From NCBI RefSeq assembly GCF_009914755.1, contig NC_060939.1: DNA of 64,000 nucleotides; one strand, 5' to 3'. Positions 13,750-28,831 of this stretch are shown here, piece after piece (position 1 is the stretch's first letter; each line of letters opens with the position of its first letter). Position numbers and translations under genes: made by a program. The stretch comes from the human T2T-CHM13v2.0 reference genome, Homo sapiens. The notes under the pieces are model-generated. The model was not told the DNA's origin. It did no database searches and worked only from the letters and a program-made list of their open reading frames with translations.

Positions 13750-16700
13750 ATTCCATTTCATTCCATTCCATTCCATTCCATTCCATTCCATTCGCTTCCA
13801 TTCCATTCGTGTCCATTCCATTCCAGTCCATTCCATTTGTGTCCACTGCATTCCATTCCACTCCATTCCATATTATTCCATTACACTCCATTCCATTCTA
13901 TTACTTTCATTTCCATTCAATTCCATTCCATTTGATTCCATTCCACTCGGTTTCATTCCATTTGAGTCCACTCCATTCCATTCCATTCCATTCCATTCCA
14001 TTCAGTTCCATTCCATTCTGTTCCATTCCATTCCGCTCCATTACATTCCATTCCATTCGGTACCATTCCATATTGTTCCATTCGATTCCATTCGAATCCA
14101 TTCCATTCCAGTCCATTCCATTCGATTCCATTCCATTCATTTCAATTCCATTCCATTCCATTCCATTACATTCCACTTGATTCCTCTCCATTCCCTTCCA
14201 CTGCATTCCGTTCGATTCCATTCCATTGCATTGCATTCCATTCCATTGGATTGCATTCCATTCGATTCCATTCCATTCGAATCAATTACATAGCAATCCA
14301 TTACATTCGAGTCTATTCTATTCCGTTCCATTCGATTTCGTTCCAATCCATTCGATTCCATTCCATTCGATTCCCTTCCATACTATTGCATTCCATTCGA
14401 TTACATTATATTCGAATAAGTTCCATTCAAGACCATTTCTTTTGAGTCCATTCTATTTGAGTCCATTCCCTTTGATTCCATAACATTTGAGTCCATTCAA
14501 TTCCATTCCTTTCGTTTCCATTCCATTTGATGCCATTCCATTCAATTCTGTTCTACTCGACTCCAATACATTCAATTCCATTCCATCCGATTCCATTACA
14601 TTCTTTTCATTTCTTATCCATTTCAAGCCATTCCACTCCATTCCATTCCACTCGTTTCCTTTCCATTCGAGTCCATTCCTCTCCAGTCCATTCCGTTCAA
14701 TCCTTTCCATTCCAGTCCATTCCATTCGAGTCCGTTCCATTCCAGTCCATTCCATTCGAGTCAATTCCATTCCATTCGATGTCTTTCCATAACGATCCAT
14801 TCCATTCTATTCCTTTCGATTCCATTCCATTCTATTTCATTCCATTCGATTCCCTTCCATTGGACTCCTTTCCATTCGAGTGCATTCCATTCCTTTCCAT
14901 TTCTTTCCGTTCTGTACGATTCCTACCGTTCGATTTCATTTTGTTCCAGTCCATTCCTTTCGCGTCCATTCCATTCCATTTCACTCCATTCGATTCCATT
15001 CCACTCGATTCCACTTCATTCCATTTCATTGCATTCCATTCTATTCAACTCTATTGCTTTCATTCCATTCCATTTGATTACATTCCATGCAATTCCATTC
15101 GAAATCGGATCAATTACATTGCAATCCATTACTATTGAGTCCGTTTTATTCCAGTCCACTGCATTCTGGTCCATTCCATTTGATTCCATTCCATTCTATT
15201 CCATTCCATACAGTTGCATTCCATTGGATTCCATGCTATATCTATAAATTCAATTCGAGACCATTGCTTTTGAGTCCATTCTATATGATTCCATTCCATT
15301 CAAGTCCATTACATTTGGTTCAATTCCATTCCATTCCATTCCCTTCCATTCCATTCCATTTGATATCAATCCATTCGATTCCATTCCATTCGAGCACATT
15401 CCATTCGAGTCCATTCCATTCGATGCCATTCCATTTGATTCTATTCCATTAGTCTCCATTCAATTCCATTAATCTCCATTCCATTCCATTCTACTCCAAC
15501 TGATTCCATTCCATTCTATTCCTTTCCATTCCATTTCATTCCATTCCATTCCATTTCATTCCATTCCATTCCATTCGCGTCCATTCCACTCCAGTCCATT
15601 CCATTCGTGTCCATTCCATTCCAGTCCATTCCATTTGTGTCCACTGCATTCCATTCCACTCCATTCCATATTATTCCATTACACTCCATTCCATTCTATT
15701 ACTTTCATTTCCATTCAATTCCATTCCATTTGATTCCATTCCACTCGGTTTCATTCCATTTGAGTCCACTCCATTCCATTCCATTCCATTCCATTCAGTT
15801 CCATTCCATTCTGTTCCATTCCATTCCGTTCCATTACATTCCATTCCATTCGGTACCATTCCATATTGTTCCATTCGATTCCATTCGAATCCATTCCATT
15901 CCAGTCCATTCCATTCGATTCCATTCCATTCATTTCAATTCCATTCCATTCCATTCCATTACATTCCACTTGATTCCTCTCCATTCCCTTCCACTGCATT
16001 CCGTTCGATTCCATTCCATTGCATTGCATTCCATTCCATTGGATTGCATTCCATTCCATTCCATTCCATTCGAATCAATTACATAGCAATCCATTACATT
16101 CGAGTCTATTCTCTTCCGATCCATTCGATTTCGTTCCAATCCATTCGATTCCATTCCATTCGATTCCATTCCATACTATTGCATTCCATTCGATTACATT
16201 ATATTCGAATAAGTTCCATTCAAGACCATTTCTTTTGAGTCCATTCTATTTGAGTCCATTCCCTTTGATTCCATAACATTTGAGTCCATTCAATTCCATT
16301 CCTTTCGTTTCCATTCCATTTGATGCCATTCCATTCAATTCTGTTCTACTCGACTCCAATACATTCAATTCCATTCCATCCGATTCCATTACATTCTTTT
16401 CATTTCTTATCCATTTCAAGCCATTCCACTCCATTCCATTCCACTCGTTTCCTTTCCATTCGAGTCCATTCCTCTCCAGTCCATTCCGTTCAATCCATTC
16501 CATTCCAGTCCATTCCATTCGAGTCCGTTCCATTCCAGTCCATTCCATTCGAGTCAATTCCATTCCATTCGATGTCTTTCCATAACGATCCATTCCATTC
16601 TATTCCTTTCGATTCCATTCCATTCTATTTCATTCCATTCGATTCCCTTCCATTGGCCTCCTTTCCATTCGAGTGCATTCCATTCCGTTCCATTTCTTTC

Positions 16701-19300
16701 CGTTCTGTACGATTCCTACCGTTCGATTTCATTTTGTTCCAGTCCATTCCTTTCGCGTCCATTCCATTCCATTTCACTCCATTCGATTCCATTCCACTCG
16801 ATTCCACTTCGTTCCATTTCATTGCATTCCATTCTATTCAACTCTATTGCCTTCCATTCCATTCCATTCGATTACATTCCATGCGATTCCATTCGAAATC
16901 GAATCAATTACATTGCAATCCATTACTATTGATTCCATTTTATTCCAGTCCACTGCATTCTGGTCCATTCCATTTGATTCCATTCCATTCTATTCCATTC
17001 CATACAGTTGCATTCCATTGGATTCCATTCTATATCTATAAATTCAATTCGAGACCATTGCTTTTGAGTCCATTCTATATGATTCCATTCCATTCATTTC
17101 CATTACATTTGGTTCAATTCCATTCTATTCCATTCCCTTCCATTCCATTCCAGTTGATATCAATCCATTCGATTCCATTCCATTCGAGCACATTCCATTC
17201 GAGTCCATTCCATTCGATGCCATTGCATTTGATTCTATTCCATTAGTCTCCATTCAATTCCATTAATCTCCATTCCATTCCATTCTACTCCAACTGATTC
17301 CATTCCATTCTATTCCTTTCCATTCCATTTCATTCCATTCCATTCCATTTCATTCCATTCCATTCCATTCCATTCCATTCCATTCGCTTCCATTCCATTC
17401 GTGTCCATTCCATTCCAGTCCATTCCATTTGTGTCCACTGCATTCCATTCCACTCCATTCCATATTATTCCATTACACTCCATTCCATTCTATTACTTTC
17501 ATTTCCATTCAATTCCATTCCATTTGATTCCATTCCACTCGGTTTCATTCCATTTGAGTCCACTCCATTCCATTCCATTCCATTCCATTCCATTCAGTTC
17601 CATTCCATTCTGTTCCATTCCATTCTGCTCCATTACATTCCATTCCATTCGGTACCATTCCATATTGTTCCATTCGATTCCATTCGAATCCATTCCATTC
17701 CAGTCCATTCCATTCGATTCCATTCCATTCATTTCAATTCCATTCCATTCCATTCCATTACATTCCACTTGATTCCTCTCCATTCCCTTCCACTGCATTC
17801 CGTTCGATTCGATTCCATTGCATTGCATTCCATTCCATTGGATTGCATTCCATTCGATTCCATTCCATTCGAATCAATTACATAGCAATCCATTACATTC
17901 GAGTGTATTCTATTCCGTTCCATTCGATTTCGTTCCAATCCATTCGATTCCATTCCATTCGATTCCCTTCCATACTATTGCATTCCATTCGATTACATTA
18001 TATTCGAATAAGTTCCATTCAAGACCATTTCTTTTGAGTCCATTCGATTTGAGTCCATTCCCTTTGATTCCATAACATTTGAGTCCATTCAATTCCATTC
18101 CTTTCGTTTCCATTCCATTTGATGCCATTCCATTCAATTCTGTTCTACTCGACTCCAATACATTCAATTCCATTCCATCCGATTCCATTACATTCTTTTC
18201 ATTTCTTATCCATTTCAAGCCATTCCACTCCATTCCATTCCACTCGTTTCCTTTCCATTCGAGTCCATTCCTCTCCAGTCCATTCCGTTCAATCCTTTCC
18301 ATTCCAGTCCATTCCATTCGAGTCCGTTCCATTCCAGTCCATTCCATTCGAGTCAATTCCATTCCATTCGATGTCTTTCCATAACGATCCATTCCATTCT
18401 ATTCCTTTCGATTCCATTCCATTCTATTTCATTCCATTCGATTCCCTTCCATTGGACTCCTTTCCATTCGAGTGCATTCCATTCCTTTCCATTTCTTTCC
18501 GTTCTGTACGATTCCTACCGTTCGATTTCATTTTGTTCCAGTCCATTCCTTTCGCGTCCATTCCATTCCATTTCACTCCATTCGATTCCATTCCACTCGA
18601 TTCCACTTCATTCCATTTCATTGCATTCCATTCTATTCAACTCTATTGCTTTCATTCCATTCCATTTGATTACATTCCATGCAATTCCATTCGAAATCGG
18701 ATCAATTACATTGCAATCCATTACTATTGAGTCCGTTTTATTCCAGTCCACTGCATTCTGGTCCATTCCATTTGATTCCATTCCATTCTATTCCATTCCA
18801 TACAGTTGCATTCCATTGGATTCCATGCTATATCTATAAATTCAATTCGAGACCATTGCTTTTGAGTCCATTCTATATGATTCCATTCCATTCAAGTCCA
18901 TTACATTTGGTTCAATTCCATTCCATTCCATTCCCTTCCATTCCATTCCATTTGATATCAATCCATTCGATTCCATTCCATTCGAGCACATTCCATTCGA
19001 GTCCATTCCATTCGATGCCATTCCATTTGATTCTATTCCATTAGTCTCCATTCAATTCCATTAATCTCCATTCCATTCCATTCTACTCCAACTGATTCCA
19101 TTCCATTCTATTCCTTTCCATTCCATTTCATTCCATTCCATTCCATTTCATTCCATTCCATTCCATTCGCGTCCATTCCACTCCAGTCCATTCCATTCGT
19201 GTCCATTCCATTCCAGTCCATTCCATTTGTGTCCACTGCATTCCATTCCACTCCATTCCATATTATTCCATTACACTCCATTCCATTCTATTACTTTCAT
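13750..19300 (+). repeat. Two-unit higher-order duplication, period 3592 bp
   Basis: Unit lengths run 1799,1793,1799,1793. Shared variants: GCTCC (~14035/17627), CAATCCTTTCC (~14698/18290), CACTTCATTCC (~15012/18604) and AAATCGGATC (~15102/18694). Confidence 0.85.
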
Positions 19301-22300
19301 TTCCATTCAATTCCATTCCATTTGATTCCATTCCACTCGGTTTCATTCCATTTGAGTCCACTCCATTCCATTCCATTCCATTCCATTCAGTTCCATTCCA
19401 TTCTGTTCCATTCCATTCCGTTCCATTACATTCCATTCCATTCGGTACCATTCCATATTGTTCCATTCGATTCCATTCGAATCCATTCCATTCCAGTCCA
19501 TTCCATTCGATTCCATTCCATTCATTTCAATTCCATTCCATTCCATTCCATTACATTCCACTTGATTCCTCTCCATTCCCTTCCACTGCATTCCGTTCGA
19601 TTCCATTCCATTGCATTGCATTCCATTCCATTGGATTGCATTCCATTCGATTCCATTCCATTCGAATCAATTACATAGCAATCCATTACATTCGAGTCTA
19701 TTCTCTTCCGTTCCATTCGATTTCGTTCCAATCCATTCGATTCCATTCCATTCGATTCCATTCCATACTATTGCATTCCATTCGATTACATTATATTCGA
19801 ATAAGTTCCATTCAAGGCCATTTCGTTTGAGTCCATTCTATTTGAGTCCATTCCCTTTGATTCCATAACATTTGAGTCCATTCAATTCCATTCCTTTCGT
19901 TTCCATTCCATTTGATGCCATTCCATTCAATTCTGTTCTACTCGACTCCAATACATTCAATTCCATTCCATCCGATTCCATTACATTCTTTTCATTTCTT
20001 ATCCATTTCAAGCCATTCCACTCCATTCCATTCCACTCGTTTCCTTTCCATTCGAGTCCATTCCTCTCCAGTCCATTCCGTTCAATCCATTCCATTCCAG
20101 TCCTTTCCATTCGAGTCCGTTCCATTCCAGTCCATTCCATTCGAGTCAATTCCATTCCATTCGATGTCTTTCCATAACGATCCATTCCATTCTATTCCTT
20201 TCGATTCCATTCCATTCTATTTCATTCCATTCGATTCCCTTCCATTGGACTCCTTTCCATTCGAGTGCATTCCATTCCGTTCCATTTCTTTCCGTTCTGT
20301 ACGATTCCTACCGTTCGATTTCATTTTGTTCCAGTCCATTCCTTTCGCGTCCATTCCATTCCATTTCACTACATTCGATTCCATTCCATTCGATTCCATT
20401 CTACTCGATTCCACTTCGTTCCATTTCATTGCATTCCATTCTATTCAACTCTATTGCCTTCCATTCCATTCCATTCGATTACATTCCATGCGATTCCATT
20501 CGAAATCGAATCAATTACATTGCAATCCATTACTATTGAGTCCGTTTTATTCCAGTCCACTGCTTTCTGGTCCATTCCATTTGATTCCATTCCATTCTAT
20601 TCCATTCCATACAGTTGCATTCCATTGGATTCCATGCTATATCTATAAATTCAATTCGAGACCATTGCTTTTGAGTCCATTCTATATGATTCCATTCCAT
20701 TCAAGTCCATTACATTTGGTTCAATTCCATTCCATTCCATTCCCTTCCATTACATTCCATTTGATATCAATCCATTCGATTCCATTCCATTCGAGCACAT
20801 TCCATTCGAGTCCATTCCATTCGATGCCATTCCATTTGATTCTATTCCATTAGTCTCCATTCAATTCCATTAATCTCCATTCCATTCCATTCTACTCCAA
20901 CTGATTCCATTTCATTCTATTCCTTTCCATTCCATTTCATTCCATTCCATTCCATTCGTGTCCATTCCACTCCAGTCCATTCCATTCGTGTCCATTCCAT
21001 TCCAGTCCATTCCATTTGTGTCCACTGCATTCCATTCCACTCCATTCCATATTATTCCATTACACTCCATTCCATTCTATTACTTTCATTTCCATTCAAT
21101 TCCATTCCATTTGATTCCATTCCACTCGGTTTCATTCCATTTGAGTCCACTCCATTCCATTCCATTCCATTCCATTCAGTTCCATTCCATTCTGTTCCAT
21201 TCCATTCCGTTCCATTACATTCCATTCCATTCGGTACCATTCCATATTGTTCCATTCGATTCCATTCGAATCCATTCCATTCCAGTCCATTCCATTCGAT
21301 TCCATTCCATTCATTTCAATTCCATTCCATTCCATTCCATTACATTCCACTTGATTCCTCTCCATTCCCTTCCACTGCATTCCGTTCGATTCCATTCCAT
21401 CGCATTGCATTCCATTCCATTGGATTGCATTCCTTTCGATTCCATTCCATTCGAATCAATTACATAGCAATCCATTACATTCGAGTCTATTCTCTTCCGT
21501 TCCATTCGATTTCGTTCCAATCCATTCGATTCCATTCCATTCGATTCCATTCCATACTATTGCATTCCATTCGATTACATTATATTCGAATAAGTTCCAT
21601 TCAAGACCATTTCTTTTGAGTCCATTCTATTTGAGTCCATTCCCTTTGATTCCATAACATTTGAGTCCATTCAATTCCATTCCTTTCGTTTCCATTCCAT
21701 TTGATGCCATTCCATTCAATTCTGTTCTACTCGACTCCAATACATTCAATTCCATTCCATCCGATTCCATTACATTCTTTTCATTTCTTATCCATTTCAA
21801 GCCATTCCACTCCATTCCATTCCACTCGTTTCCTTTCCATTCGAGTCCATTCCTCTCCAGTCCATTCCGTTCAATCCATTCCATTCCAGTCCATTCCATT
21901 CGAGTCCGTTCCATTCCAGTCCATTCCATTCGAGTCAATTCCATCCCATTCGATGTCTTTCCATAACGATCCATTCCATTCTATTCCTTTTGATTCCATT
22001 CCATTCTATTTCATTCCATTCGATTCCCTTCCATTGGACTCCTTTCCATTCGAGTGCATTCCATTCCTTTCCATTTCTTTCCGTTCTGTACGATTCCTAC
22101 CGTTCGATTTCATTTTGTTCCAGTCCATTCCTTTCGCGTCCATTCCATTCCATTTCACTCCATTCGATTCCATTCCACTCGATTCCACTTCGTTCCATTT
22201 CATTGCATTCCATTCTATTCAACTCTATTGCCTTCCATTCCATTCCATTCGATTACATTCCATGCGATTCCATTCGAAATCGAATCAATTACATTGCAAT

Positions 22301-25300
22301 CCATTACTATTGAGTCCGTTTTATTCCAGTCCACTGCATTCTGGTCCATTCCATTTGATTCCATTCCATTCTATTCCATTCCATACAGTTGCATTCCATT
22401 GGATTCCATGCTATATCTATAAATTCAATTCGAGACCATTGCTTTTGAGTCCATTCTATATGATTCCATTCCATTCAAGTCCATTACATTTGGTTCAATT
22501 CCATTCCATTCCATTCCCTTCCATTCCATTCCATTTGATATCAATCCATTCGATTCCATTCCATTCGAGCACATTCCATTCCACTCCATTCCATTCGATG
22601 CCATTCCATTTGATTCTATTCCATTAGTCTCCATTCAATTCCATTAATCTCCATTCCATTCCATTCTACTCCAACTGATTCCATTTCATTCTATTCCTTT
22701 CCATTCCATTTCATTCCATTCCATTCCATTCGTGTCCATTCCACTCCAGTCCATTCCATTCGTGTCCATTCCATTCCAGTCCATTCCATTTGTGTCCACT
22801 GCATTCCATTCCACTCCATTCCATATTATTCCATTACACTCCATTCCATTCTATTACTTTCATTTCCATTCAATTCCATTCCATTTGATTCCATTCCACT
22901 CGGTTTCATTCCATTTGAGTCCACTCCATTCCATTCCATTCCATTCCATTCAGTTCCATTCCATTCTGTTCCATTCCATTCCGTTCCATTACATTCCATT
23001 CCATTCGGTACCATTCCATATTGTTCCATTCGATTCCATTCGAATCCATTCCATTCCAGTCCATTCCATTCGATTCCATTCCATTCATTTCAATTCCATT
23101 CCATTCCATTCCATTCCATTCCACTTGATCCCTCTCCATTCCCTTCCACTGCATTCCGTTCGATTCCATTCCATTGCATTGCATTCCATTCCATTGGATT
23201 GCATTCCATTCCATTCCATTCCATTCGAATCAATTACATAGCAATCCATTACATTCGAGTCTATTCTATTCCGTTCCATTCGATTTCGTTCCAATCCATT
23301 CGATTCCATTCCATTCGATTCCATTCCATACTATTGCATTCCATTCGATTAGATTATATTCGAATAAGTTCCATTCAAGACCATTTCTTTTGAGTCCATT
23401 CTATTTGAGTCCATTCCCTTTGATTCCATAACATTTGAGTCCATTCAATTCCATTCCTTTCGTTTCCATTCCATTTGATGCCATTCCATTCAATTCTGTT
23501 CTACTCGACTCCAATACATTCAATTCCATTCCATCCGATTCCATTACATTCTTTTCATTTCTTATCCATTTCAAGCCATTCCACTCCATTCCATTCCACT
23601 CGTTTCCTTTCCATTCGAGTCCATTCCTCTCCAGTCCATTCCGTTCAATCCATTCCATTCCAGTCCATTCCATTCGAGTCCGTTCCATTCCAGTCCATTC
23701 CATTCGAGTCAATTCCATTCCACTCGATGTCTTTCCATAACGATCCATTCCATTCTATTCCTTTCGATTCCATTCCATTCTATTTCATTCCATTCGATTC
23801 CCTTCCATTGGACTCCTTTCCATTCGAGTGCATTCCATTCCTTTCCATTTCTTTCCGTTCTGTACGATTCCTACCGTTCGATTTCATTTTGTTCCAGTCC
23901 ATTCCTTTCGCGTCCATTCCATTCCATTTCACTACATTCGATTCCATTCCATTCGATTCCATTCTACTCGATTCCACTTCGTTCCATTTCATTGCATTCC
24001 ATTCTATTCAACTCTATTGCCTTCCATTCCATTCCATTCGATTACATTCCATGCGATTCCATTCGAAATCGAATCAATTACATTGCAATCCATTACTATT
24101 GAGTCCGTTTTATTCCAGTCCAGTGCTTTCTGGTCCATTCCATTTGATTCCATTCCATTCTATTCCATTCCATACAGTTGCATTCCATTGGATTCCATGC
24201 TATATGTATAAATTCAATTCGAGACCATTGCTTTTGAGTCCATTCTATATGATTCCATTCCATTCAAGTCCATTACATTTGGTTCAATTCCATTCCATTC
24301 CATTCCCTTCCATTCCATTCCATTTGATATCAATCCTTTCGATTCCATTCCATTCGAGCACATTCCATTCGAGTCCATTCCATTCGATGCCATTCCATTT
24401 GATTCTATTCCATTAGTCTCCATTCAATTCCATTAATCTCCATTCCATTCCATTCTACTCCAACTGATTCCATTCCATTCTATTCCTTTCCATTCCATTT
24501 CATTCCATTCCATTCCATTTCATTCCATTCCATTCCATTCGTGTCCATTCCACTCCAGTCCATTCCATTCGTGTCCATTCCATTCCAGTCCATTCCATTT
24601 GTGTCCACTGCATTCCATTCCACTCCATTCCATATTATTCCATTACACTCCATTCCATTCTATTACTTTCATTTCCATTCAATTCCATTCCAATTGATTC
24701 CATTCCACTCGGTTTCATTCCATTTGAGTCCACTCCATTCCATTCCATTCCATTCCATTCAGTTCCATTCCATTCTGTTCCATTCCATTCCGTTCCATTA
24801 CATTCCATTCCATTCGGTACCATTCCATATTGTTCCATTCGATTCCATTCGAATCCATTCCATTCCAGTCCATTCCATTCGATTCCATTCCATTCATTTC
24901 AATTCCATTCCATTCCATTCCATTACATTCCACTTGATTCCTCTCCATTCCCTTCCACTGCATTCCGTTCGATTCCATTCCATTGCATTGCATTCCATTC
25001 CATTGGATTGCATTCCATTCGATTCCATTCCATTCGAATCAATTACATAGCAATCCATTACATTCGAGTCTATTCTATTCCGTTCCATTCGATTTCGTTC
25101 CAATCCATTCGATTCCATTCCATTCGATTCCATTCCATACTATTGCATTCCATTCGATTACATTATATTCGAATAAGTTCCATTCAAGACCATTTCTTTT
25201 GAGTCCATTCTATTTGAGTCCATTCCCTTTGATTCCATAACATTTGAGTCCATTCAATTCCATTCCTTTCGTTTCCATTCCATTTGATGCCATTCCATTC

Positions 25301-28300
25301 AATTCTGTTCTACTCGACTCCAATACATTCAATTCCATTCCATCCGATTCCATTACATTCTTTTCATTTCTTATCCATTTCAAGCCATTCCACTCCATTC
25401 CATTCCACTCGTTTCCTTTCCATTCGAGTCCATTCCTCTCCAGTCCATTCCGTTCAATCCATTCCATTCCAGTCCATTCCATTCGAGTCCGTTCCATTCC
25501 AGTCCATTCCATTCGAGTCAATTCCATTCCATTCGATGTCTTTCCATAACGATCCATTCCATTCTATTCCTTTCGATTCCATTCCATTCTATTTCATTCC
25601 ATTCGATTCCCTTCCATTGGACTCCTTTCCATTCGAGTGCATTCCATTCCTTTCCATTTCTTTCCGTTCTGTACGATTCCTACCGTTCGATTTCATTTTG
25701 TTCCAGTCCATTCCTTTCGCGTCCATTCCATTCCATTTCACTCCATTCGATTCCATTCCACTCGATTCCACTTCGTTCCATTTCATTGCATTCCATTCTA
25801 TTCAACTCTATTGCCTTCCATTCCATTCCATTCAATTACATTCCATGCGATTCCATTCGAAATCGAATCAATTACATTGCAATCCATTACTATTGAGTCC
25901 GTTTTATTCCAGTCCACTGCATTCTGGTCCATTCCATTTGATTCCATTCCATTCTATTCCATTCCATACAGTTGCATTCCATTGGATTCCATGCTATATC
26001 TATAAATTCAATTCGAGACCATTGCTTTTGAGTCCATTCTATATGATTCCATTCCATTCAAGTCCATTACATTTGGTTCAATTCCATTCCATTCCATTCC
26101 CTTCCATTCCATTCCATTTGATATCAATCCATTCGATTCCATTCCATTCGAGCACATTCCATTCGAGTCCATTCCATTCGATGCCATTCCATTTGATTCT
26201 ATTCCATTAGTCTCCATTCAATTCCATTAATCTCCATTCCATTCCATTCTACTCCAACTGATTCCATTCCATTCTATTCCTTTCCATTCCATTTCATTCC
26301 ATTCCATTCCATTTCATTCCATTCCATTCCATTCGTGTCCATTCCACTCCAGTCCATTCCATTCGTGTCCATTCCATTCCAGTCCATTCCATTTGTGTCC
26401 ACTGCATTCCATTCCACTCCATTCCATATTATTCCATTACACTCCATTCCATTCTATTACTTTCATTTCCATTCAATTCCATTCCATTTGATTCCATTCC
26501 ACTCGGTTTCATTCCATTTGAGTCCACTCCATTCCATTCCATTCCATTCCATTCAGTTCCATTCCATTCTGTTCCATTCCATTCCGTTCCATTACATTCC
26601 ATTCCATTCGGTACCATTCCATATTGTTCCATTCGATTCCATTCGAATCCATTCCATTCCAGTCCATTCCATTCGATTCCATTCCATTCATTTCAATTCC
26701 ATTCCATTCCATTCCATTACATTCCACTTGATTCCTCTCCATTCCCTTCCACTGCATTCCGTTCGATTCCATTCCATTGCATTGCATTCCATTCCATTGG
26801 ATTGCATTCCATTCGATTCCATTCCATTCGAATCAATTACATAGCAATCCATTACATTCGAGTCTATTCTATTCCGTTCCATTCGATTTCGTTCCAATCC
26901 ATTCGATTCCATTCCATTCGATTCCATTCCATACTATTGCATTCCATTCGATTACATTATATTCGAATAAGTTCCATTCAAGACCATTTCTTTTGAGTCC
27001 ATTCTATTTGAGTCCATTCCCTTTGATTCCATAACATTTGAGTCCATTCAATTCCATTCCTTTCGTTTCCATTCCATTTGATGCCATTCCATTCAATTCT
27101 GTTCTACTCGACTCCAATACATTCAATTCCATTCCATCCGATTCCATTACATTCTTTTCATTTCTTATCCATTTCAAGCCATTCCACTCCATTCCATTCC
27201 ACTCGTTTCCTTTCCATTCGAGTCCATTCCTCTCCAGTCCATTCCGTTCAATCCATTCCATTCCAGTCCATTCCATTCGAGTCCGTTCCATTCCAGTCCA
27301 TTCCATTCGAGTCAATTCCATCCCATTCGATGTCTTTCCATAACGATCCATTCCATTCTATTCCTTTCGATTCCATTCCATTCTATTTCATTCCATTCGA
27401 TTCCCTTCCATTGGCCTCCTTTCCATTCGAGTGCATTCCATTCCGTTCCATTTCTTTCCGTTCTGTACGATTCCTACCGTTCGATTTCATTTTGTTCCAG
27501 TCCATTCCTTTCGCGTCCATTCCATTCCATTTCACTCCATTCGATTCCATTCCACTCGATTCCACTTCGTTCCATTTCATTGCATTCCATTCTATTCAAC
27601 TCTATTGCCTTCCATTCCATTCCATTCGATTACATTCCATGCGATTCCATTCGAAATCGAATCAATTACATTGCAATCCATTACTATTGATTCCATTTTA
27701 TTCCAGTCCACTGCATTCTGGTCCATTCCATTTGATTCCATTCCATTCTATTCCATTCCATACAGTTGCATTCCATTGGATTCCATTCTATATCTATAAA
27801 TTCAATTCGAGACCATTGCTTTTGAGTCCATTCTATATGATTCCATTCCATTCATTTCCATTACATTTGGTTCAATTCCATTCCATTCCATTCCCTTCCA
27901 TTCCATTCCAGTTGATATCAATCCATTCGATTCCATTCCATTCGAGCACATTCCATTCGAGTCCATTCCATTCGATGCCATTCCATTTGATTCTATTCCA
28001 TTAGTCTCCATTCAATTCCATTAATCTCCATTCCATTCCATTCTACTCCAACTGATTCCATTCCATTCTATTCCTTTCCATTCCATTTCATTCCATTCCA
28101 TTCCATTTCATTCCATTCCATTCCATTCCATTCCATTCCATTCGCTTCCATTCCATTCGTGTCCATTCCATTCCAGTCCATTCCATTTGTGTCCACTGCA
28201 TTCCATTCCACTCCATTCCATATTATTCCATTACACTCCATTCCATTCTATTACTTTCATTTCCATTCAATTCCATTCCATTTGATTCCATTCCACTCGG

Positions 28301-28831
28301 TTTCATTCCATTTGAGTCCACTCCATTCCATTCCATTCCATTCCATTCAGTTCCATTCCATTCTGTTCCATTCCATTCCGTTCCATTACATTCCATTCCA
28401 TTCGGTACCATTCCATATTGTTCCATTCGATTCCATTCGAATCCATTCCATTCCAGTCCATTCCATTCGATTCCATTCCATTCATTTCAATTCCATTCCA
28501 TTCCATTCCATTACATTCCACTTGATTCCTCTCCATTCCCTTCCACTGCATTCCGTTCGATTCCATTCCATTGCATTGCATTCCATTCCATTGGATTGCA
28601 TTCCATTCGATTCCATTCCATTCGAATCAATTACATAGCAATCCATTACATTCGAGTCTATTCTGTTCCGATCCATTCGATTTCGTTCCAATCCATTCGA
28701 TTCCATTCCATTCGATTCCATTCCATACTATTGCATTCCATTCGATTACATTATATTCGAATAAGTTCCATTCAAGACCATTTCTTTTGAGTCCATTCTA
28801 TTTGAGTCCATTCCCTTTGATTCCATAACAT

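Noticed and set aside
11279-27420. GGCC (HaeIII) variant at ~11279, ~16655 and ~27413 as a regular higher-order period
   Set aside because: Spacings of 3 and 6 units with only partly matching flanks fit a dispersed haplotype, not a regular repeat.
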